From Adineta vaga (Eukaryota > Animalia > Rotifera): a stretch of DNA of 64,000 nucleotides. The DNA lies in NCBI GenBank assembly GCA_021613535.1, contig CP075492.1, forward strand, positions 13,454,001 to 13,518,000, given 5' to 3'. The notes under the pieces were generated by a model. The model was not told the origin of the DNA and did not search any database. It was given only the letters and a program-made list of their open reading frames with translations. Positions 1 to 11,310 of this stretch are shown piece after piece (within the stretch, counting starts at the first letter, position 1; each line of letters starts with the position of its first letter). Made by a program: the position numbers and the translations under genes.

Positions 1-566
1 TCAGTACTGTTAGCCATTATTTCGATTTAACTATAGAAAACCTATCGAATATGTGATTAAAATATAAATTCACAAACAAAGAAAAAAGCTTTCTCTACGA
101 CGTCATTTTCTTTCATTCTTCGATATGTATATATGTCGTATCGAGGTTAGTACCTTCGATACGGCAATCATAATCATGTTATTTCAAGTACATGTAAACT
201 GATTTTTCCATCATTTTGTTAAAAAATAACGGTTGGCAAATGATTAACTGCATAAATGTGAGAAGACTGATGTTCAATGATTGTAATAAAGCTTCAATTA
301 ATGGTATATACCTTTGAAGTGATATTATTTCGTCTGATAATATTTTTCGATACACATGAATAAGAAAAAACGTTTTTTTTTATTAGACTTTAAAAATATA
401 AATGATCCAAATTTGTATGAGATTTTATCAATAATATTTATTCTCTATAGTAAACAAAATAAAGAATATATTTTTCCTAAAATATATATCATTAAAATCA
501 AGGAAAAAAACTAATTAATATAGAAAAATAGAGATGAAAATTGCTTGATTATCTATCTAAAAAATA

Positions 567-1028
567 TTAATTTTGAATTGAAGCACGTTTAATAATTTCA
601 TAGAGTGATATTATTAGAACAGAATTTGGTATAACAATACAAGTACGACGTAATGAACCAAAACAAATACCTTTTAAACCTCTTTCGTGTATAAGAATAG
701 GAAATGTATTCCAGAGTGATTGTCTTTTTGATGAAAGTTGTAAAGTTGTTTTTAAAACATCAATTTGTTGTGTTATTAATGATATTAAAAGTGCTGCTAA
801 AGTCGACGATAATGGAATAATAATTTGATCATATTTTAATGAAATAAATCTCTCTAATTGATTTTGAATTTTCCAATAAAATGTCCAAATAATTGAATTA
901 GATGAAAGAGATATATCTAAAGCTATTAAATAACCTTTATAAAACCTACACACACCATCACCAGATTTGGAATAAATATCACGATTAATATTATTGATTC
1001 GAATTTTATTATATGAACAAGTGATCAT
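567..1028 (-). pseudogene. Mitochondrial carrier (SLC25 family) C-terminal fragment, probably decayed
   Basis: Degenerate Px[DE]xx[KR] signature (QQIDVLKT) and an 'ERGLKG...YEIIK' repeat end. The N-terminal repeats are not apparent and the fragment abuts a repeat-rich region. Confidence 0.5.
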
Positions 1029-1083
1029 TACTTATTGAGTTACAACATCAGTTGAAACTAAATTGAAACAAAAAAACCCATCT

Positions 1084-1141
1084 TGAGGGTGTGGGTGTAG
1101 ATGTGCGTGAAGAAGATATACTCACACCCTCACCCACCCAC
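1084..1141. repeat. Short inverted G-rich/C-rich telomere-like repeat patch
   Basis: TGAGGGTGTGGGTGT at 1084-1098, followed by CTCACACCCTCACCCACCCAC at 1121-1141; together they form an imperfect hairpin. Confidence 0.45.
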
Positions 1142-1285
1142 TGATCGTGAAGGAGGTCCATTTATAAAGTTAGTTATCTGAATAGTACATTAACAGCGGG
1201 CGAATTTATATACATCGGTCTATTTCCATCTATTGTTGCATAATATTTATATGGTGCCGAAGATTCCTATTCAAAAGAGAATACT

Positions 1286-2002
1286 TCCTATTCCGAAAAG
1301 TTACACATTCCGGAATTGATTTACCCGCTAAAATGCCTATCAATCAATTCCGGTATTCCTCTTATTCAAATCCGGAGCAGCTGGCATTCGATTTCCACAA
1401 ATGCAATCAAACTCCTGCATTTTCCGCGCATTCCGGAATTGTTGTTTTATGTTAGTCGATGAAAAGATCATCCTCATTGATCGATCGAATTCCCAAGCGG
1501 AATTTCGGAATTCGTGCACAACCGGAACAGCTAGGATTTAGCAGGAATTCCTGCATTTCCTGCCCATTTTTGCCTAATCCGGAAGTGATTGGATGTGTGA
1601 ACTCAGGATAAGTTGATCCTGATTTATTTATGAAATGCGGTGCGCACTTTCGAGTTCGTGACCGTGCACCTTTTCTATGAATTTCTTTGATGTGTTGGTT
1701 TCTCCATCAGGTCGCTTTAATCAGGCGTTTTTCGGACACCGTTACTATTGTGCTGCCCCACCGACTGAGCCTTCCACCCACCCTCAAGATGACGGTATCG
1801 GCAGGAATAAACAGAAATTTCTGATCGTTGCATATTACTGAAATTCCGGATGTGCACGAATTCCGGAATTCCGCTTTTATTTTTCATGGCTACGAATGCT
1901 TGATCATATAAATATACTATATATAGATGCAATTCCGGAATTGAGCGATAGTCATTTTGGTGGGTCAAGCAATTCCGGAATGTGTAACTTTTCGGAATAG
2001 GA
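1286..2002. mobile_element. Non-autonomous TIR element (MITE-like), ~715 bp
   Basis: Perfect 33-bp inverted repeat TCCTATTCCGAAAAGTTACACATTCCGGAATTG at 1286-1318 / 1970-2002, extending imperfectly to ~70 bp. Many internal TTCCGGAA palindromes and higher GC than the flanks. No transposase ORF and no obvious TSD. Confidence 0.85.
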
Positions 2003-2202
2003 TGACTGCTAAAAAAACGAGCACAAAATCAACTGTTCATTATCAAAATATGATAAACGATAGGTTTAATAGTGATCCTAAAAATTATTATATTCCATTT
2101 GTTTGTGGTAATGACGGTATTGCTGTTAAATCTGAAGGAAATACAGTTTGTTTTTGTCCACCAAATTCGTATGGTAATTATTGTCAATATTCAAGTGATT
2201 AG
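2003..2202 (+). pseudogene. EGF-like relic of a large Cys-rich receptor gene
   Basis: Reads CGNDGIAV...CFCPPNSYGNYCQYSSD*. The isolated fragment lies between two repeat elements, and the same motif occurs at ~46310-46440. Confidence 0.55.
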
Positions 2203-2209
2203 ACATATG

Positions 2210-2336
2210 CAGGGTAAGCATTTTCCTTACCCTATACCCTAGCATAGCAAATTTTTTAAACCCTGATCCTACCCTACGACCTTCATACCCCAACCCTATC
2301 CTACTCAGCAGGGTAGGGCAGGGTAGGGGGCCCCTG
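2210..2336. repeat. GC-rich short element with CCCTA/TAGGG-like repeats and CAGGG...CCCTG ends (possible degenerate MITE)
   Basis: Multiple ACCCTA-like units, then CAGGGTAGGG units. The ends are inverted over 5 bp and the right flank is TA. Confidence 0.5.
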
Positions 2337-2343
2337 TACATCT

Positions 2344-2510
2344 CTAATCCGAGTATCGAATGAATTTTTGTCGTATTATATTCTCGAGTCGTTCATTATT
2401 AATATCAAAGAATGAATAGAGAACATCGACATTATCAAGTTTCTTTGAAATACTCAATTCAATTTCATCGGGTAAATCAAGCAGGTAAATGTTAAAATGA
2501 CTCATGTTCA
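2344..2510 (-). pseudogene. Truncated F-box protein
   Basis: LLDLPDEIELSISKKLDNVDVLYSF is an F-box-like motif. The ORF stops at the 2210-2336 element. Confidence 0.65.
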
Positions 2511-3111
2511 TTAACATTTGCTCTGGTGCTCGCAATTCATATATCTATGAATGTTCTTTGTATACGCTCGCTATTCTCAACGTCGATAATGTGTAAACAT
2601 TTGACGATGAAAAGAGAAAACAGTCTCCAAAATGAATCCTCTCATTATTTTGTTTACTGTTGGAAAATTCAGCAAATTTTATATTCGTTAAATTTGACCA
2701 TGTAATTCATGCAAGACTTTCAGTTGATCACCAATATAAACATGATTGATTAGAGAAGATAATGATCTTTATTCACAATGTGTATTCTCCTGTTTTAAAA
2801 GGACATTCAGTATAGGAAATGAGATACTCAATTTCAATAAATGGTTTTTTTCACATAAAAGTTGACATTTATTTGACATTCTTCATTATTTTACAATGAA
2901 TTTAATTGTATGATGGAGGTGACTGAAAATAGTTTCATCTTATGTTAAATAAGTTCGAAAAGATAATTAGGAAAGAATTATTCAGTAAAAATATTTTATG
3001 CAGAACGTTTTTTTATCATGTGAGCATGAGCAAAGGAAACGTCAAAAATAAACTGATACTCAATGTAAATCTTCAAAACGACTTTCATTTGAGAAAAACA
3101 CATTGAATATC

Positions 3112-4255
3112 ATGGATGCATCGTTCATGGAAATGTATGCTACTATGCAGAGTATTCTGGCTGCGAGAAGTACATTTGTTCAAGTTAGTTCGATAATACT
3201 GCTTATATTTGGCAATATTGGTGAGATTCTGAATATTATTATTTTCGTTCAACGTTCATTTCGGACTAATTCTTGTGCGATCTATTTTCTTGCTGCATCA
3301 TGTGCACGTTTGATCTTTATCGATTTCACCATTCTACTTAATGATCTCTCGATGGGTAAGTTTATGAACAATAAGATGTTTTATACATTTGCATTGCTTT
3401 CGAATAGGTTATGATATTGATCCAGCACGAGATTCCATAGGTTTTTGTAAGGTTAAATGGTATATTTCTTGTGTTACAACTATATTACCAGTAAGTTTCA
3501 TTGTATTGGCTTGTATCGATCGACTTACACTAAGTTCCTTGAGTTTAAGAAGACTGGGTTGGAGTCAACCGCGTTTCGCGTATAGATTAATAGCTGGTGT
3601 ATCTCTATTTTGGTTAATCTTTTCTATCCATGCAATCATTGGTGGAACTGTTCTTTCTGAACCTGGTTTTTCCATGTGTTACATTCAACCAGGAGCCTAT
3701 ACATACTTCATGACAACGTATTCCGTTGTTATTAACTATTTATTACCACCAATATTAATGATGATTTTTGGTTTGCTTACAATTATTAATGTTCGACGAA
3801 CACAACGACAAATTCATCCAATGACAAATCCTGGATATGCACAAAGAAAAGATTTACTTCTTTTGCGTATGTTACTCTTTCAAGTACTGATAAATGTTAT
3901 TTTCATCATACCAGCATCGGCTTATCAAGTATGGAACTGTTTTCGTTTAGTTGTCATAGATCAATTGATACATTTGTTTTTCATTTAGATTTATCAAATA
4001 GTTTCAGCTAATTGGACAAAAACTCCTTTACAACAAGCATGGGATTTATTATATTTTTCATTGGCGTTGGCTTTATTTTATATTCCTTATTGTACTAGTT
4101 TTTATATTTATACCATTACAGCGAGCATATTTAGACAAGAATTAAAACAAATCATTGTCAAATGTTATCATCGAGTCTTTCCTAGAAGAATGACGACAGC
4201 AACAACAACTGTAATGATTAATACAAGTTCAACCGTTAGAACAGTCGCAAAATGA
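3112..4255 (+). CDS. Rhodopsin-class (7TM) GPCR; exons 3112-3355, 3408-3928, 3989-4255
   Basis: GN..N in TM1, YFLA in TM2, C..K and ACIDR (DRY-like), FYIY...FR C-terminus; GT-AG introns join the exons in frame. Confidence 0.9.
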
Positions 4256-5297
4256 TCATCGAAATTTAAAAAAAGACTTATCCTCATTCATATTATTCTA
4301 TTCCAGCTACATTAATTTTTTCCTTTTTGTTGTCATCTCACATATTATTGTTTACTTTCTAAAAGATTGTATGTTATGTCATGAATTAGTGAATGAAAAC
4401 ATTTCATTAACGCTCATTTTACCTCTCCTAGATATGCACTGACGACAGTTGAGTATTATACATATTGATTGTATCTTATTTTACGAGTTTTTGGAAAACA
4501 AATGAATTCTGTGTTAGTAACATCGCATGAAAATTCTCTGAGTTAGTCTTTTTCATTGTAGAGTTTATTGTGAAACTATAAAAGACGAACTACATACTAA
4601 AGATGACTGTGTGTTGATTACATTGATATAGATTAATGAAATATATACTTTTCTAACACGTAAAAAGATTTAGTAACTTCTGTTGCATATCTTATTCAAT
4701 GGACATGTTTCAACGAAGCAATAGAAAATTTCTTGTAGGTCACACGGTTTAAATCTCTTCTCTATCTCCATTAATAGTTGATCAATATGCTAAAAATATT
4801 CAGCATAAAGCTAAGAACGATCGGCAAAAACGACTTCAAAACACACCCTCAATAATCAATATTAGTTATGATTTTAGTAGAAACAATAACTTCGTATTTT
4901 TTTAAAAGTATTATTTCATACAGGATTCTATTTTTGAATATGAAATTTTCAATTACATGCGTATTATTGGCCGATTAAAGATAGACTTAGCTTCAATAAG
5001 TGCATGATATTTTTCATTTGCAATTCTAAGTTTGCATAATAAATGAAAGTGATTCGGTGCATATTGAAATACGCTATTCAATATATTTTGATGATACTTA
5101 GATTGATTTTTTGCACATCATTAAATAATCAATACGTATATGCATAAAATTATGGTTATCCATATAAAAACGCAATTCATGACGTTTTCATAGCATAAAA
5201 TAATAGGTATCATATAAACAGAAAATATAGTAAGAAAATGTAACTGTATTTCTTAATTGCAAGCTAGTACATCTATTTAGTTTGATATTGCATCACA

Positions 5298-6059
5298 ATG
5301 CTTATACTTCTTACCATTTCGTTATTCTTTGTTCACAATGTCCAGAGTATGATGATGGCAAAGGCCAAGATTCATTTGAACTCAAAAAATGAAGCAGTTG
5401 GTTATTTAATGTTTATGCAAGCAAATGGTAATGCTCCGGTCATAATCAAGGGTAAATTATGGAATATGACACCGAATACTGTTCATGTAAGCATGAGTTT
5501 TCGTTTTTTACTCGATAGAGATGATGATGTAGATATCGTTGCTAATCGATCTAATTATAATCTTTCGAATATAAACTATAGGGTTTCCATGTACATGAAT
5601 ACCCGTTGTTAAATAAGGAATTAAACTGCACTGCAGCTGGACCACATTTTAATCCTTACAGTAAGCTCAGCTACATTGCTTACATATTGTGTAACAAAGA
5701 TAAACTTTCAATTATTTTTGAAGGTACTTCACATGGTCCTATCACGGCAAATATCAATAATCGACATGTGGGTGATCTCGGAAATGTGACTTCGGATAGT
5801 GCTGGTCATATTAATATTCATATAGAAGATTCAATTATTCAATTATATAATGCTACTCAGTCCATTGCTAACCGAACTATTGTTTTGCATGCAATGCGTG
5901 ATGATGGTGGTATGGGCGGATTTCCCGATAGTAGTACTACAGGGTATGTTTTATTCTTTCTGTGTTCTCGATCACATACGTGTTTTTTTTCATAGAAATG
6001 CTGGTGCACGAATTGGCTGTGGTAATATTATGTTAAAGAACAAATGGTCAAAACATTAG
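5298..6059 (+). CDS. Secreted Cu/Zn superoxide dismutase; exons 5298-5486, 5582-5660, 5724-5943, 5996-6059
   Basis: Signal peptide plus GFHVHE, AGPHFNP, HG, RHVGDLGN, RTIVLH and GNAGARIGCG motifs across canonical splice sites. Confidence 0.93.
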
Positions 6060-6241
6060 GACGCTTTGCGAATCAAGAACTCACTCCTCTTTGTGTCATT
6101 TAATCGTACTATCTATATTCTAGCATTATATTAATAAATTATTGAAACAAATATTTAATACGAAGAAAAGTTCTATTCGCTGTTATTGATCAATTAATAC
6201 AAAAAAAAGAGTAACACAATAGAATAAATAAACAAGCGATA

Positions 6242-7003
6242 CTATTGAAGAATAGCAGAACAAGATCTTTGCTGTGGCGTACTCATCGTCGATAGAATAT
6301 ACGATCGTTCTGTAGTATCAGTAATCATTTGAGTTTGTCGATTTGTAGAAATTTTTGACTGTGGTAGCGTCTGACTCGCTGTCGTACAAGTAATTGCCAT
6401 ATTTATTTGAACAGTTGTAATTAATGTTGATGAAGATTCGATAGTAGGTATTATCGTCATTAGAGATGATTTCGTTGCATTTCCGACAGACATAGATGGT
6501 GACTCCAATGTATATTTTATTACTGTTGACAAAGCTTTACCCATGTACTTTGTTGAATGCTTTGCTGTTGTTGATGGAATTCTTTAATAAAATATCTCTA
6601 TTATTATAGTAAAAGAATCTTTAGCGGAAGGTTATTAGAAGATTTGATTCGTAGTATTGATTAATGATGCTGTAGCCATCGTTTTTATGACATCATATCC
6701 GGTTGGCCAACATAATCGGGATAAGGCATATTTTTCTAGTAGTATTTTTCTGATCGTTTGTATTAATTTACGGTTATTACAGTCGTCAATACGGCAACGA
6801 TAATATATATGCTCAAATCGTTGGTTTGATGATGTTATTATTGTTTCAATATCAATCTGTGAAATGTCTTCATGTTCATTGACAAAACATTGTAGATACA
6901 TATTCCTTTGACCTGTGACAAGGAAGCGACGGAATTTATCCAACCATTCAGTATGGCATAAGTTTTGTCTAAATAACCAGTCGATATTGTCTGCTTTATA
7001 CAC
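6242..7003 (-). CDS. Uncharacterised Cys-containing protein with a Ser/Thr-rich tail; structure uncertain, may be decayed
   Basis: Two adjacent same-strand ORFs, one with YYRCRIDDCNN and one mucin-like and S/T-rich. The start and splicing could not be resolved. Confidence 0.4.
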
Positions 7004-7622
7004 ATATAGTTGGAAGTCGTTGTGAGTTGAATATCACCATCGATATTTCTGATAGAACTGTTTACTATTAGATTATTTTCATTGTTGTCTTTGAATTGAT
7101 TAAAACCAGATAAAGAAACTTGAACTGAGTCGATTACAAACGATACATTTCACATTTTTCGAATCTCATATTTCTCTAACGATCAGTATGAAAAACAGTG
7201 CTAGACGTATATTGCTATTTAATTTGATTAATATACTAAAGAATATCAAAAAGTAAGGCATATGCTTTCTTGTCAGCAAACATGATTTATATTTATATGA
7301 AAATTTTGCACAAGAAGATAGATGAAATGAATACAAATATCATGCCTGTTATTCTTTCTCGTGAAACTGTGTTATGACGAAAACCATTGTATTTGATCAT
7401 ATTTATTGTTTGTTTCGTGTGAAGATGAGATAAAAAGACTTTTGTGTGCCTGAACTAGTATATAGGAAATGAATTGCTTTATCATTTTGTTGGAAAAAAA
7501 ACTGAAATAGTTATTCATTTCATCTTCATGTCAAAGAAATATGTAAAGTTAATTTAAATTTAGTTTTCACTCTATATATAATGAGAAAAATATCAAAAGG
7601 TTAAAGATCAATTTGGAAAAGT

Positions 7623-8754
7623 ATGAATGCATCAATGATGGAAGCCTATGTTACCATTCAAGCAATGAATGCTGATAGAGTAGTTTTTGTTCAAATTAGT
7701 ACTCTAATTTTTATTTATTCTTGGTAATACTAGCGAAATCCTTAACATTATCATATTTGTTCAACGTACATTTCGTACTAATTCTTGTGCCATCTATTTC
7801 TTTGCTGCATCATGTGCGCAATTGATCTTTATCTATTTTACTATCTTTCTCAATGGTCTCTTAATAGGTATGTTTATAAATAATGAGATGTTTTTCTTTT
7901 CATAGGAACCATATTTTACTTTGTATAGGTTATAATAAAGATCCAGCACAAACATCATTAGTCTTTTGCAAATTTAAACTCTATCTTTCCAGTGTTACGC
8001 TTATATTGGCACCAAGTTTTATTATTTTGGCCTGCATTGATCGATTAATAATAAGTTCATCTAGTGTAAAACGACGTGGATGGAGTCAACCGCGTTTCGC
8101 ATATCGATTAGTAGCTGGTGCATCGGTATTTTGTTTAATTTCCTCTATTCATGCAATCATTGGCGCAACGATTTATTCAATGCCTAGTTATTCCTTCTGC
8201 TATGTCACACAAGGGCCATATATGATCTTTTTAACTTTTTACTCAACTATTATTTACTATTTATTACCACCAATATTAATGATAATTCTTGGTCTGTTAA
8301 CAATTATCAATGTTTGACGAACACAACGACAAATTTATCCAACAATAACGACTAAGCATTCGTATGTACGTCGAAAAGATCTGCATCTTCTACGCATGCT
8401 ACTCTTACAAATATTAGTATGCACTATTTTCACCATACCAGCGACAGCTTTTCAGGTAAGTAATGACTTTAGTTTATATGATATATCTGAAAGATCTTTT
8501 GTGTCATTTAGATTTATCAAGTAACAATAGATAATCAATTCAAGGATGATATTCAAAACGCACGAGATCTGTTTTTCTTATCAATAGCATTAGCCCTATT
8601 CTGCATTCCACATTGTATTAGTTTCTATATGTATACAATAACAGCGAGTATATTTAGACAAGAATTCAAACAAATTGTTCTCAAATGTTATCAACGACTC
8701 TTTCCTAAAAGAACGAATTTACGACAAATTATGATAGCAACACATACAAACTGA
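7623..8754 (+). pseudogene. Disabled paralog of the 3112-4255 GPCR
   Basis: Same three-exon structure and shared sequence (e.g. TGGAGTCAACCGCGTTTCGC). It has a +1 frameshift in the T-run at 7708-7712 and CGA>TGA at 8315-8317. Confidence 0.85.
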
Positions 8755-9185
8755 ACAATATACTTTATTTCATCATGTATAGTTTGAAGGATTCTATAAT
8801 AAATATCCGATATAGCAGGCTTTGCTCATTATTAATAAGTAATTCGGACATTACTAAATCCAATGGTATAGATGATATTATAAATATCTGTTATCGTTCT
8901 CATTGAGAATATGAATGAATCATCATTAACTCAAAACGGACTTTAGACATCACATTCACTCTCAATCAGTTACGACTTATATCAAATGTTTTCTTTACTG
9001 TCATTCACACCCTATACTATACTTCGATTATTTCTCATTCTGTTTGGAAGACAAAAAATAAAAATAAAAAATCGGACTGATTCGCTTCTATTACAAGTAA
9101 TATTTTGATAAAACCTTGTGAAAATTTATCATTTATTTTTTTATTCTGTTCTACGAACACTGTTTTGCTAAATATTTGTACACGA

Positions 9186-10886
9186 ATGGAAAAGTATATT
9201 GGAATATTAGGGAGTCTATTACTCTCCGTTGCATATTATTACTTGATTAAGACCAATTCACAGATTCATGACGATGTTATTACTGTAAATTACATCATTT
9301 TCATGGTGATTACAATTCTGAGTATCATTCCATTGATATTCTTTCTATTTCGAATTCAAAGAAACAAGAATGACGATAATATATCGACACCAATACAACA
9401 AGACAAAAAATATCATAAAAGTATAACACGAATGATTGATCGTTGGGGTGGAAAACAACAACAAATCGATCGCAAAAAAATAACGAATGAAATTATATTA
9501 AATCGACATTCCCTCATTTCAAATTATTCATCATTTTATCTTGAATCATCAAAATCTATTCCAATGTTTGCTGAATGTGATGTTCTCGTTGTCGGTGGTG
9601 GACCATCAGGAATCTCTGCTGCTCTAGCAGCAAAACGAGCAGGAGTCGATACAATTCTACTAGAAAAATTCGGTTGTTTCGGTGGAGTTATTACAACTGT
9701 AGGAATGGAAACGATTGGTTGGTATCGATATGAAGGTACAGTTGAATCGCAAGGAGGAATTGGTATTGAAATGGAACGAATAGCAACACAAATGGGTGGA
9801 ACAATCAAATGGCCATATAATGATAGTCAATGTTTAGATGCGGATTATTTCAAAATTGTTGCTGATCATCTTTTAACTGAAGCTGGCATTCGACCTATTC
9901 TACATTGTGTTGCAGTAGAAGTCATGTTAGATAATAATCAAATCATTGGTGTAATTACTGAAAGTAAATCAGGTCGTTTAGCAATACGTGCAAAACGAGT
10001 CATTGATTGTACTGGAGATGCTGATGTTGCATATTTAGCTGGATGTAGTTATCGACAAACTCCTAAAGATGAAATGTTAGGAGTTAGTACCATCTTTTCT
10101 TGCTCAAATGTTAATAAAGAAAAATTTCTACAATATACCGAAGAAAATCCAGCAACGTATGCTGATTGGAGTGGACAATGGACTCAGGAAACATCAGGAA
10201 AAGAAGATAATTTACGTACACCTTATTTAGAAAAAGAATTTCAAAAAGCAATTGACTTAGGAATTATTCCGAAAACATCTCATTTAGGTGGATCTTGGTC
10301 ATCGTTGACAGACGCTGGTGAAGCAACAAATTTAAATATAGTTTATATGAAAAATTATGATTGTACGAATGTACATGATTTAACAAAAGCTGAAATGGAA
10401 GGACGACGGGAAACATTAAATGCTATTATGGCTTTAAAACATGTTGTTCCAGGTTTTGAAAAGGCTAAATTAAGAAATTTTGGAATGACACTCGGCACTC
10501 GAGATTCACGAAAAATTATTGGTCGATACGATTTAACAGAAGATGATGTTAAAAATCAAGCACGATTTGATGATAGTATTGGAATATTTCCGGAATTTAT
10601 TGATGGTTACAATATTATTATACTTCCAACGACGGGTCGTTATTTTGAAGTTCCATATGGTTGTTTGTTACCAATAGAAATTGATAATCTTTTAGTTGCT
10701 GGAAGATGTGTAGCAGGAGACAAAACATCTCATGCAGCAATGAGAAATATGGCTGCTTGCACAGTGACAGGGCAAGGTGCTGGTGTTGCTGCAGCAATAT
10801 CTATACAACATAATGTAACTACAAGTGAAGTTGATATACAATTAGTACAACAAGAATTGATTCGGCAAGGTGTTCGAATACATTAA
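9186..10886 (+). CDS. FAD-dependent oxidoreductase (bacterial-type FAD_oxidored family) with two N-terminal hydrophobic helices; no intron required
   Basis: DVLVVGGGPSG Rossmann motif, VIDCTGDAD and NLLVAGRC...GQGAG motifs; continuous ORF. Confidence 0.88.
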   Translation: MEKYIGILGSLLLSVAYYYLIKTNSQIHDDVITVNYIIFMVITILSIIPLIFFLFRIQRNKNDDNISTPIQQDKKYHKSITRMIDRWGGKQQQIDRKKITNEIILNRHSLISNYSSFYLESSKSIPMFAECDVLVVGGGPSGISAALAAKRAGVDTILLEKFGCFGGVITTVGMETIGWYRYEGTVESQGGIGIEMERIATQMGGTIKWPYNDSQCLDADYFKIVADHLLTEAGIRPILHCVAVEVMLDNNQIIGVITESKSGRLAIRAKRVIDCTGDADVAYLAGCSYRQTPKDEMLGVSTIFSCSNVNKEKFLQYTEENPATYADWSGQWTQETSGKEDNLRTPYLEKEFQKAIDLGIIPKTSHLGGSWSSLTDAGEATNLNIVYMKNYDCTNVHDLTKAEMEGRRETLNAIMALKHVVPGFEKAKLRNFGMTLGTRDSRKIIGRYDLTEDDVKNQARFDDSIGIFPEFIDGYNIIILPTTGRYFEVPYGCLLPIEIDNLLVAGRCVAGDKTSHAAMRNMAACTVTGQGAGVAAAISIQHNVTTSEVDIQLVQQELIRQGVRIH

Positions 10887-11310
10887 AAAACAGAGGAACT
10901 ATGTGCAATAGAATACAAGGAAAGAAAAACCATAAGAAATAAAAAATAAGATGATGATAATGCAAAGATTCTTCTGTTGTGTAGGTTGAATGTAAAAAAA
11001 TACATAATTTATCTCTCAAGACATCTGTTCATATTAGAAATAAATATGAGTTGATTTTCATGTCTTGTACCTACACTTCATCGAAAACATCAACATCCTA
11101 TCGAAAATCTATGTTTTGTTGAAATCATGTTTTATATATCAGTTTATCAGTCTTAAATTTGAGGAAAATAAATTCGAAAAAAATAATTCTCGGTAGTTTC
11201 TCACTGTGTATTTGCAATGTCTCTAAATGAGTTATAATAAATCTTGTTTTTATTCTAACATAAGTTTTCTTTCAATACTAAGCTAAGTATAAGGAAGCAA
11301 GTAGCATAAT

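Noticed and set aside
1717-1968. 83-aa ORF inside the TIR element as a transposase
   Set aside because: Too short, with no DDE or HTH motif.
8315-8317. CGA>TGA as evidence of CpG methylation or stop readthrough
   Set aside because: A single transition proves nothing, and the gene also carries a frameshift.
9536-9808. Antisense and alternative-frame ORFs inside long genes (also 19224-19430, 28223-29041, 32088-33170, 58476-59070)
   Set aside because: Shadow ORFs of real CDSs with no independent motifs.
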